The translations under genes and the position numbers were made by a program. The notes beneath the pieces are model-generated. The model saw nothing but the letters and a program-made list of their open reading frames with translations, ran no database searches and was not told the DNA's origin. From Octopus bimaculoides (taxonomy: Eukaryota), in contig NC_068982.1 of NCBI RefSeq assembly GCF_001194135.2, forward strand, positions 35,955,154 through 36,004,698: 49,545 bases of DNA, written 5' to 3'. Positions 35,401-47,056 of the stretch are shown piece after piece; position 1 is the stretch's first letter, and each line of letters starts with the position of its first letter.

Positions 35401-38400
35401 CCAAGTAAGAACGCGAAGTGAAGCCCAGCATAGCCACAGCTTTTAAGCTGAAATTAGTTAAGAAAAAAATATGCATATATACACATCATCTGTTCTGATT
35501 GTGCTAGGAGACGTTATACACTGCAGATTACAATGTGCTTCCAATTCTTTCTTGATTGCACTCTTCTTTTTCCATCTTGGCCCAAATTCTTTAACTAAAC
35601 CATCTTGCCTTCCAATGAATCTAAATACTTGTAGGATACAAGTGCACTACTTTTTTCTACTATTTGCATGCTCTGAAGTGGTTAGAAATATGGGATCCAT
35701 TCAGTTTCAAAAAATCTGTGATTGAAATGGAATAGATCTGAAATAAGAATGTTTGACCTGAGATTTCTGGGATTAAAGTTAGTATTTTTGAATACATATT
35801 ATTACTTTTCTGTCTTGTCAAATATATAGAAGGCATTATGCATAATTAAGAAATTATGGCATTTCTCAATATCATGAATATTTTATCCCAATTCACCCAT
35901 TTCTACAGTGTGTACAGTTGCGTCATTTCTTTCATTTTTTTTAAGTAAAATGTAGATCTCTATCTTGTTCAGTATTTGTGTAGTGCAAGGTTAAAATGAG
36001 CAGGATAGTAAAACAGGAATGGGCAACCTTTACCAAGAAGTGGGCTGCAAGAGACATGATACATCAGACGGTCCATAGGCCACACCACCAAAGAAATTAA
36101 TAGTAATTATTCATTAGGTATGCCATTCAGAAAGTCCTGAGAGCCACATTTGGTTCAGACTACATTAGAAAGTCATGATGGCTTACAAGACTCTCAGATT
36201 ATGAGTTACTGGAGCAGAATCAAGAAATTATATTAATGTTCAGGTCTGAACTCAATGGTGGTTTGCCGGTGTCCAAAAGGGTCTGTGAAGTTGAAATTTG
36301 TAGTAACTTATCTTTCTTCTCTGAACCAGCTCACATCCTTGTTTGTACACTGAAGGGCTCAGATTTCAATCCTCCCATAACTTGGATCATCATTCAGGCA
36401 GAACTGGTATAGATTCAGTTAGGCAACCAAACTTTCAGAGAACCTACAGAAGTTACATTTACTATATCATAAATTCTTGATAAATCCACAAACTCCTCAG
36501 AGTACTCCCTACATGTGAAGCTGCCTAGCACCAACGTGTCTGCTGTGCCATTGTGCTCTGATTTTGAGAGTAAATAAATGAGTTACCATAATTTATCTAG
36601 CTTGGCATTTGATTGTTATCATTTAATGTTCGTTTTCCATGTTGGCATGGGTTGGACTGTTTAACAGGAGCTGACCAGCTGAAGGGCTGCTCAGGCTCCA
36701 TATCTATTTTGATATGGTTTCTATGGCTGGATGCCCTTCCTAATGCCAACCACTTTATGCTGTACAGGGTTTAACACAGCACTGACAAGTGCTTCTTACG
36801 TGACACCAGCACCTATGAGCCCTCAAAATTAGGGATACTCAACTGGAAAGGGTTGCAGGGGACGAGCGTGTCAGCAAGGTCAACTTTTAAAATACTTTCA
36901 AGCTTATAATATATTGTGTAACCACTTGTACACTAAAAGGCTTTTAATTGGTCTGAGAAATAATACATTTTTCAAGTCTTTCGACTATAGTGTTAAAGAC
37001 AAATATTAAGCTTTGATATTTTTTTACTAAATAAATTCTGAAGGAAATTATTCATAGTAATAACTTCAGGAAAGGTGGATAAAATTTTGTTTAAATAGAG
37101 ACGGTGTGCACTTATTTTAAAAATGAATAAAAAGCTAGGTTTGATGCGTCCATGCTTAGCGGACAAGGCAGGTTTTACTGCTGCTCGAAAGACTTGGCTG
37201 ATATGATGTATTTCATTGTAGGATATTTACTCTTCAGAGGGCAATACATGTCTGCCAAGAAATGAGTTATAATTTTCACAGCAATGGACGTTATTAAAGT
37301 GAGGATTGCGAAGGATCCATGAACACATGCAAGAGAATACTCTGAGGTTACTCAAAGGCAAAATATGCTAGGAACCAGGTGAAATTCTTATCTTTGTCAG
37401 TGTGAAGAACTGCTTTTCAAAGTCAAATAGAATTATGTTGTATCACCATTCCCACTTACTTGGTTTTACATGAGAAACTCGAAAAAAATCTCCAAGAATG
37501 GCCTATTTGGCATGGACCAAAGTAGTTTGTATTTACTTACAACTAGACGTTGATCTATTGATATTCGTAATATAGAACATGCAATTCTTTCTATCATATT
37601 GGAATATGTATTTATGTAAAGACGGTTTGTTAACAATTCTCAAAACTAACATTTTTTACTGCTTTCGTCTGAGAAATGATCACAATTTTCAGGTTACAAC
37701 TAAACGATGCTTAAACCATACACCCCCAATGATTTGCCTATTATATATCTACAACCAACCTAAGTTCACAAAATGTATCGTATAAAATATGCAGCAGTCT
37801 ATTCAATACCTACAAATGGGGTTGTGAGATAAATAGGTATGACTACTGCAGCACTAAATCTATTCAAAGTAAATTTAAAATTAGTGCACTAATTAGCAGT
37901 AACCCTGAAATAGCAATCCAGGGGAAACAACCACGGTATTTCAAAGAAAAGAGTTTGAATTGAATGTAACCTGACACAGAAGAATGGTTTTTGCTGTTAT
38001 TAGGCTTAAATGAACGACTGTCTTGTACCTACTTGGTGCAATCTTGAAATTTCACTCACTACTTTGATAGTACACGTGGTACTCAAGACTAAAGAATGCC
38101 GTATACGCTTTATACCTACAAGGTTGTCGCAGTTAATACAATCTATATTATGTCTCACTGGATTAGGAAAAAACCGAAAGTTAAATTACAGAAAAACCTG
38201 TCAGTCAGTTCATGTACACTATATTTTACAGCAAAAATTAAAAAACGATATTTTCCGATGCACCCTAGGAGTTTCTCAAACAAGTTACAATTTTCGTCTT
38301 TTCTGTTACATGAACCACAGAACAGTGTCAGAGCGTCGTTTATTATTTCGTTTTACAGAGGTCTATGTGCTTTATACTTGTTGCATGTGGGCACCACCCT

Positions 38401-39640
38401 TCGAGTTAATAAACTCAACGCGTGGTTCAGTCCTATGCCAAAATTTATAACCATCAATTTCAAGAATGAATCCTCCACTACTCGATTTTCCTGGAAAATT
38501 CAACTGACATAACACCACAAAAAGACAAACTTGTCAAGTCACGCGACATCCTCTCCCGAAAACCTACTGCACAAGACTACCAATCTGAACCGGGTCCAGA
38601 CAAGGTCCTCTGCACAGTTCTTGTTACTATGGAAATCAAACCAATGTGTGTGTGTGTGCGGCTTTTCATCAATTCATGGGGAAAATGTATTTCATTTCCA
38701 TAATTAGCATACACAAAGTCTGAAATCAATTGTTAGAGAATTGAAAGGTGTGAGCCAAAAGAACCTAAATTCATAATCACCTTAGGCTGAACACGCTACA
38801 AAATGCAGCACATCCTGTACTAGGGTAAATGCTATCAACTCAGCACCCAACTACCAAATTAACAAATATAGTAGCGTTTTCGTTAGTAGAAAATTTGACG
38901 TAACTCTATACCAACTGGACTCCGATTCCAAGGGTACAAGTGAGCAGTCTGCTACAGCCGCCAGATCAAGTGACTTGACCATATTTTTAGGTATATTTTA
39001 ATAATTCATATATACTATGTATCATTTGATATTTAATAATATAAATTCATAACGTCCCCCGATGCCTACTTTTTTCTCCATCGAACCCAAAGACACCAGC
39101 GCTCAACTGGACTCTCTCACCGTCCACTTTGGGAACTTCTGATTGAAAGAAACATTTTCCAAGTCTCTAAACCATATATACTGTTGTCAGCTTTAATGGT
39201 TGCCAAGCCTATATAAGGTAAGACAAGATTCCGACTGACGTTTTATATTACAGCTATGATAACCATATTTAGTTATGAAAACTAAGAAGGAATTTTAGTC
39301 AAAAGCTGTGAAAAGCATTTCGCTTTCGAAGATCTTTGGGCGGAATTCTGCTTTAAGCTTACTATATATATATATAACCATTCGGCATTACAGGGTTTTA
39401 ACCCCCCACCCCCGACTTTGGGAGGTCATAACTTTCAGAAAAATATTCTTTAATGAAATTTTCTATGCATATAGTATTTACTATGTAGAATCCGAATATA
39501 CAAAAATTTTGGAATGGGGGTGGGGGACAATTTTCGGAAATTCCAACAGAGTCCACTTAAATTCTTCTTAACTTCCAGGAAAATAAATATTTTTTCGTGA
39601 AATTTTCTACAAATATACCTTGATATATCTACATTTCGAG

Positions 39641-39807
39641 GGTACTACTAAAGCAGTGCAGACCCGAACGCGCGAGCTAGTCTTGAGTGGTCGATCCTAA
39701 CCCGCGTGTGCAAATGAATACGTGTTTAGGGTTAGGATCGACCACTTACGACTAGCTAGCGCGGACGCGCGACTGCGCGTTCGGGTCCGCGCTGCTTTAG
39801 TAGTACC
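39641..39807. mobile_element. 167-bp fold-back MITE, Merlin-like, with 9-bp TSD
   Basis: TIR GGTACTACTAAAGCAG... / ...CTGCTTTAGTAGTACC. The direct repeat CATTTCGAG lies at 39632-39640 and 39808-39816. Confidence 0.8.
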
Positions 39808-40211
39808 CATTTCGAGCATGTAGGAATTTAAGGAAACAACTGCAGGTTATTTTTGAGAAGCGTTCCCCACTCGGTGGTGTTTCGGAGCAAGTCATCCATA
39901 TTTGTTTCATTTTTCTTATGTGCGTATGCGCATCCGTAGATTTCTAAACAGTGAAGAGAAGCCGTCATAAGAAAACTTTCGTTAAAAATAACATGCACAC
40001 GATTTTTTTCTCTCAATAGAAGTAAATTCCAAAGTAAACGTTTCTAGTGGAGAAGTAGAAGAGAACAGGAGCAAAAATAGGAATATACACGCACGGTTGA
40101 ATATAGAAAACTATCACAGTGTCGCTTCACGAAGAATTTTAAAATGTTAGCTTTCCGAAACTTTTTTTTCAATGTTGCAAAAACACGAAGATTAAGAATA
40201 AACAGAAAAAG

Positions 40212-40360
40212 TACAAATATATTTTACACACCTGTCGTATACGTCGGTTTTGTTCTTTTTCATTTTAAAGGTGGTTATGTTATTTTGTTGGGATTAATCC
40301 ACCATTAAAGTGAAAAAAACAAAACCGACGTATACGACAGGTGTGTAAAATATATTTGTA
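40212..40360. mobile_element. Palindromic MITE, TA-bounded (Tc1/mariner-type)
   Basis: Perfect 43-bp inverted arms (40212-40254 and 40318-40360) beginning and ending with TA, plus a further imperfect inner stem. Confidence 0.7.
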
Positions 40361-40499
40361 AGTGGGAGGGGGTGTTATCCTTTTTCGCATGTGCGTAATC
40401 TCTGACATCTAAAACGTAGGGATCCGAAAAAATGCATCTTTCAAAGACGTGCGAAACTGCATTAGCCCCCACCAAAAAAAAATTTTTTTAATGCGAGTG

Positions 40500-40594
40500 N
40501 NNNNNNNNNNNNNNNNNNNNNNNNNNNNNNNNNNNNNNNNNNNNNNNNNNNNNNNNNNNNNNNNNNNNNNNNNNNNNNNNNNNNNNNNNNNNNN
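40500..40594. other. Assembly gap (N run)
   Basis: Run of N. Confidence 1.
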
Positions 40595-40803
40595 CCTGAC
40601 TGGGGGAAAAAAGATTTCAACTTCGCTTTTTAAAATACAGACTCCGAATTTTTGGAATAATCCCAACAATGTGGGAAGAAAGATATTGAAAAATCGGTCC
40701 AGATGGACTAAATGTAATCTGAACCTTCCCCACTTTTTTTTTTACGGAATCCCACGTTTTAGGCTATGGAGATTCCGATTCTGAAAAAAGAAATTTCAAT
40801 TTC

Positions 40804-42851
40804 AAAATTTGAGAAAATGAGATGGAAGAAATTAAAAAATATTCTATCTAGTTTTGTGTTGATAGTTTAGCGCATGTTATTATTGCAGTGCTTCCTTAGA
40901 GATAGACTAAAATCTAATTAGGAAATTAATTCTACAAAATTAGAAATAGATTGCGAGCCCAGAAACAATTCTTGTTGACTTCTACAGCAAGATACCGTAA
41001 AAAATTTGCCGATAAAGGTGTAAAGATAAAATTGAGAAGGCGAGCACTAATCAAAGAGAATAGCCAACTTCAGAAATAACAGCCAGAAATGGTTTCATTA
41101 CGATCAAACGGTAATTCCGTATTCATCATGAGAAGGCCATACAAAATGAATTTGAAGTCGGAACTTTCTTAGCGTGTGTAAAGCAAGTTCGCAACTTTTC
41201 TTAAATTCCCCATAAAATAAAATCGAGAGGATTATATCGCGTGCTTAAGGCAGAATACCGCAGAGTTTGCCAGCTATGGAGAGGTGGTACATTCTATTTC
41301 AAGCATCTGGGACGTTGCTAAGGAATATATATTTAAAAAATAGAAAACGATCCCAGTGCATTCCCACTGCCGTGGTTTCACCCGGATACAAGAAAGTAGC
41401 AATCATAAATAATGGATACATATCCAAATGAGATAAATAAGCAACACTATGTGACAAGTAATGCAAATTTATTAGAACTTCATGTTCCAAAAAACAATTG
41501 TCCACAGTTGTAAAAAAACCACCCTATTATATACAAGGTAGAACAATTTCAACTGAAAATTAATATCACAGCATGAAACGCCACCATAGCAACAACACTA
41601 GATGGAGCTGGAGCTGTTTCTCAAAATTCGTACAAATCTTGACATTAAAATAATTCTTAATAGTTATATCTTCAAATTTTTTGTAGACCTCTACGCAGCA
41701 TCCAGTTCAACCTAACTCAGAAAAAAACAAACATTCAATGAAATCACTAGCAAAAGCCCTCAGTCAATTATTGGTTTGATTCTCATCAGTTTCGCATTAG
41801 AGTAGCAAATATACATTCCATCACAGGGCCTTAACAAAAACTTTTAAACCAAATCTTCAAAGTAATATATATTTAAGTTACAATGAGCCCAACCACTAAA
41901 AATCTATACAAACTGATGAATATATCTAATCGGGTCCTTAAGAATGAAACGTCTGATTTCATTCTAGTCTATTTTCAGAAGCAGTGCAATAAAAATATGC
42001 GCCTAAACCACCAAGGAGACGTGTATGCTGGCAGTGAACAAGCCTAAGGGGCGAAGGGCAATGAAATCGTGAAAGGGAAATCAAACATCTCAAACTAATA
42101 TTAGCAACATTCTGGTCGTTTCAAATTGTCAGCTCTCATGGTATCTTCAATAAGATCAGTGAGAGAGTTCAAGCTTGTCATCACACAACCAATAACGTAC
42201 CAGTTAACTATATATTCAAAAGACGAAAAGTCAAATCCACACTTTTTTCTTACACTTTCTAAGACACGCTCATATCCCTATTTAAAAAACCTTAGTTAAT
42301 TCTTTCACATAGAATATGAAAATAAAATAAAATCTTTAAGAAGCCACCCATCCCCTCTTCCAATCACGAGTTCTGCAAGGGACACGATCAAAAATAACGT
42401 AACCAAAGTGGTACTTCTTCGAAAAAGAAATGTAATTTGTCAGTAGCAGGAAAATACAAAATACTTCTGAAAATTTAGGATAAAATTTGAGAAAAGATGG
42501 AAGAAATTGAAAAATATTCTATCTAGTTTTGTGTTGATAGTTTAGCGTATGTTATTATTGCAGTGCTTCCTTAGAGATAGACTAAAATCTAATTAGGAAA
42601 TTAATTCTACAAAATTAGAAATGGATTACGAGCCTAGAAACAATTCTTGTTGACTTTTACAGCAAAATACCGTAAAAAATTTGCCGATAAAGGTGTAAAG
42701 ATAAAATTGAGAAGGCGAGCACTAATCAAAGAGAATAGCCAACTTCAGAAATAACAGCCAGAAATGGTTTCATTACGATCAAACGGTAATTCCGTATTCA
42801 TCATGAGAAGGCCATACAAAATGAATTTGAAGTCTTTGAACTTTCTTAGCG
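40804..42851 (+). repeat. ~370-bp near-identical direct repeats at 40804-41174 and 42482-42851
   Basis: Only about ten differences seen by eye between the two copies. Confidence 0.9.
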
Positions 42852-43358
42852 CCACGGAGTAAAGAAAGCCAAGAGATTCTCTTTGAGGGAAATTAAATGT
42901 AAAAACCCTATTTAACTACAATAAAACTCTAGTCTTATCGGGAGGACCGAAAACTGAAAAACCTTCCAAAAATTTAGACATTAGGATGGGGGGACCAACC
43001 GTCTTTCTCAGATTTGGTGACTAAGTAATCACTCGAAATCAGGAGACTGAGAATATTTCATCATAGATCAACGGTGTAGATGAACAGAAAAATAAAAATT
43101 ACAATCTAAATAGAAACGTTACGACGGGTCACAGAATACAATAAAAAAAAGTAGCAAGTCCTTCCGTAATAACTAAGCAAAATTAGAAATTTCCAACTCG
43201 TCAGCACTGGAAGTCAGAGTTAGAATATTATATCACTTAAGAGATCATTTGTCCCTATCTAACAAATTATCATCATGCAACCAGTAGCTGATGAAATTGG
43301 TTTGATAAAAATAATTTACCTAAAATGTAGACATAAAAACAATATTCTGACCTAAAAT

Positions 43359-45222
43359 GTAGACATTTACGAAAGCCTCATGAAGACTTTGCCATCAGAT
43401 TGTATGGTGAATCTTGTCATCACAAAACCATCAATAGTAGCAAATAAATGCATCATGTGGCACTAACAACGAAATGAAATCGTGCAATAAACCTAATAAT
43501 CTAGAGGGGTTAGAATACGAGGGTTTAAATTGATTTAACGCTATTTAAAAAGAACTCTATACCAAAACCAGCGTCAGATGTAAAGTTCTTCAAAATCATT
43601 CAGAGAGATTCCCAACTTTATAGTGATCGTCACTCGCATGATCTTATTACATCTACCACATGATAAACGATACAAGAACTAATATTGAACCGAAGACTAT
43701 CTAATGATCACTCGATAGAAAATAATTTAGCACAGAATCTGTAGAAATAACCTGAACAAAATACTTCTAATAATTACAGGACCAAAAGCTGAAAATACTA
43801 CCGTACAAAATAGTCTACACATAACAAAATATTTCACATACCGATGAAACAAGGAAACAGCTTGCTAAGAGTAACTAGCTGAGAGAAGGAGCTGCGCAGA
43901 AAGAAAGAACGGAAGCAAACGGCAGGTATTTATACACAAGCTAGAGGGCGCTGGTGAATTTTTTTTTTTTGTTATTGCTGACATCTCGCGACCATATTCT
44001 GAAACAAGAAAAGATAACTGCAATTGTCCAATTTAGTGAATTGTATTAAAAAAAAAATTTAGTAATAATAAAACTGAAGTGAAGATTAAATGTATGATGC
44101 GCTTGGTTAATTGGCAAACATTATGACCATCCCCGAATATAACAACACTTTTTTTTCGTTCCATTTGAAATAATACTTTATTTATTCTTTTTATTTTTGT
44201 TGCTAAGATAAACCAGAATAATTGGTAAAAAAATTAGCATAAATAAAACTGGGAATAGCAGACAACAAAAATAGGAGATGATGAAAATGCGCGCTAACGA
44301 CACTGGGAGGAGGGGGGGGGCTTTCGGAAAATTCACAAGATCCAATTTTTCATATTCGTTTTCCACACACTTGTTAACACCCCACCCCCACTAGTTAATT
44401 TTTTTTTTTTTTTTTTCCCCGGGCGAGGATCTTTATATTGACCTTGACTTAGCTTTCTTGAATATGCAAAAGCTTTAGGATTCACGACTTTTGTAACTAG
44501 TGAAACTTTTTCTTTTTCCGAAACGGTTTTGGAATTTCAATGTTTCGAACATCGGATATCCCGATTGTACTAAAATGATACACTTTTGAAGTAGTATTAC
44601 AAATATGGTAAAAAGATAATACATGTGACAATCCTCTTGAGCATAAAACTTGACACTGTAACAATAACAATTATGAAGCGTTATCTTTATTAGTAAAAGC
44701 AGGGACAGGCCTACAGAAGTGTGCTCCCCGCCCTCCGACTTTGTTTTCTCATAACCTTCAGGAAAATGGGTAGATTCCGATCGTATCCGAATTTGTTGTA
44801 AAAATGCTTTCCGAGAATGGGAAGAGGAGTGTCGGAAAATTCACACCAGTCAATTTTGTTTCCTCATAAATTTCTGAAAAATCAGTATTTTTAATGAAAT
44901 TTTCTACAAACACCTTTTAGATTGTGTAGATTACGATTAGATCATCATTTAGTATGAAAAAAAATTGGTGGGTAGACACACATACATGCATCACAATGTT
45001 TTCTCAAAATATCAAGATTCAGTATATATATTTGAGGCCATAATTTTTTTTTTCATATTAAATTTGTTGCACGATTTGCTATGTGTATGAGTTTAGTAGA
45101 ATTTTCATAAGACAGTATTGCAGTTTGTTGCATTTATTTGCTACTATTGACGGTTTTGTGATGACAAGATTCACCAAACAAACTGATGGCGAAAACCTCA
45201 TGAGGATTTCGTTTATGTCTAC
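43359..45222. repeat. ~95-bp inverted repeat pair at 43359-43452 and 45129-45222
   Basis: GTAGACAT..CGAAA.CCTCATGA...GCCATCAG.TTGT.TGGTGAATCTTGTCATCACAAAACC.TCAATAGTAGCAAATAA occurs in opposite orientations. Confidence 0.85.
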
Positions 45223-45534
45223 GCCTTAGAGCAGAGATTCTCAACCATTTTTTATCTATGGACCCCTTTGATTACTATTTTATTATGCGGAGAAAGAAAC
45301 TCAGTTGTTTCTTGTAATATATACCAATACATACATCTAAAGCAAATTTTTTCAATTCTTACATTTATCAAACCAATTTTATCAGCTATCATGGTACGCG
45401 GGAACAAATGATATAAAAGTGATTTAATTCACCTAACTCTGGTATCCAGTGTTGACAAGGTAGAAAACAGAGTCAATTCGTGTGAATTTTCGGACATTTG
45501 TGGTAAAGATCATCTACCTGTTTGTAAATATGAA

Positions 45535-46600
45535 TCTTCTTATCCATCCATTTTCTGTCCGCTATTCCTGGGAGGGCTATGGGAGTAGAGTCATCAGGTG
45601 CTTCCTCCATATGGTGCTATCGGAAATATGACACTTTCCTGCTGGATTCCCAAGTTTGACCAATAACGACTATGGATATTAAGTAACCAGCGCATACGTC
45701 GTCTACCCCAAGTTCTCCTGCTAATTGGCTCGTTGTGAAGAATTCATCTTGCGATCATTATCTGCGACATTCGTATCACATATCTGTATTACTGGAGCTA
45801 TGATTTCTCAATACAGTTGGATCTGGAGAGACACCTTATCGAATAACATCACTCCAGAAACCCTTTGTAGAAACTCCATTCCGGCCGCTTGTATTCACGA
45901 TCGTACTCTGTAGGTCATTACCCAACATTCTTGACCATTGGTGAAAACAGGTACGGAAACTGAATTGAAAATAGCAACTCTGGCTTCTTTATCAACTTCT
46001 CTTTTGGAGATCGAATACTGAAGCTGGCGAATTACTGTGTCAGTTCAGTCTCTTACCTCCCATCACTCGTATATACAATTCTAAAATGGTTAAACTTATC
46101 CACTTGCTTTAGCGTTATTCCATTAACATACAGAGTACAATGAGGAGATTTTCTTGAGAGGACCAATGTCTGTCTTCACAACACTAACTCTCATCTCTAT
46201 TTGCAACACTCAGCAGCAAATCCATTCAGTTCATGCTGGAGATTGTCTTTTGATGAGCACCATGTCGTCTGCAAATATCAGCCAAATTCCACAACGGCTG
46301 CGCATGTCAATTCAGTCCATAAAAATTGTGAACAGGATAAGTAATAATACACGACTCCGCCGACGTCCTACACCTATGTTGAAACATTTCGACTTTGCAC
46401 CATTTACCCGAACATTCATCTGGACAGTCATATGTAGACTTCATGGCAACCAGAAGTTGCCCATTAATCTCGAACGCCTGCAAAACCCTTCACAGCATGT
46501 CCGCAAAACGCGGTCATATGCCTTTTTGAGATTTACAAAGCGGGCCCAGTACAAATGTCAGCAAATAAGACCACCAAAGGCTTCAATATGAAAAGAGTTC
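45535..46600 (-). mobile_element. RTE-clade LINE, 5'-truncated, decayed, with GGAT-repeat 3' end
   Basis: Minus strand: FVNLKKAYDRV, VRVNG..S..FNIGVG, LFTIFMD, LIFADDMVL, GQECWVMT, QAAGMEFLQRVSG. Ends in ...GAAAATGGATGGAT. Confidence 0.85.
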
Positions 46601-47005
46601 GATAAAATAACCATAACACATTATCTGTTGAGCGGGTAAACAAGGGACACGTTGAGATCTTAGGTAGAGGGGTCTGTTCGAAAAATTTTCAGAATACGAC
46701 TAGATATTCAGATCTTGCACGGGGAAACCTGTCCAGTATTGCTTTTCTCATTGTTAGCTACCTAACGATTCTATTATTTTTTAACATCGTGAAAGTACGA
46801 CAAAATATCTTGTAGTATTTAGTGCTATCGTTTTAAATTCTACTTTGCCGATACCACACCGGAACTAATAAATTAGAGCACCCTTTAATGGTTCGTGGCA
46901 ACTTGGGCGAATGTCATCTTCTATAGCTCCGGCTGACCAAAATCTTGTGCGTGAAATTCAGAGATGGAAAAAAGCTCATCGTGTGTGTGTGTGTATGTAT
47001 GTATG

Positions 47006-47056
<51 letters not shown>

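Noticed and set aside
38010-38512. Two overlapping ORFs of 146 and 138 aa
   Set aside because: No recognisable domain or splice context; probably chance ORFs in an old repeat.
41913-41955. CTGATGA...GAAACGTC, a second hammerhead look-alike (also 37230 on the minus strand)
   Set aside because: No stem I, II or III pairing can be drawn around the core.
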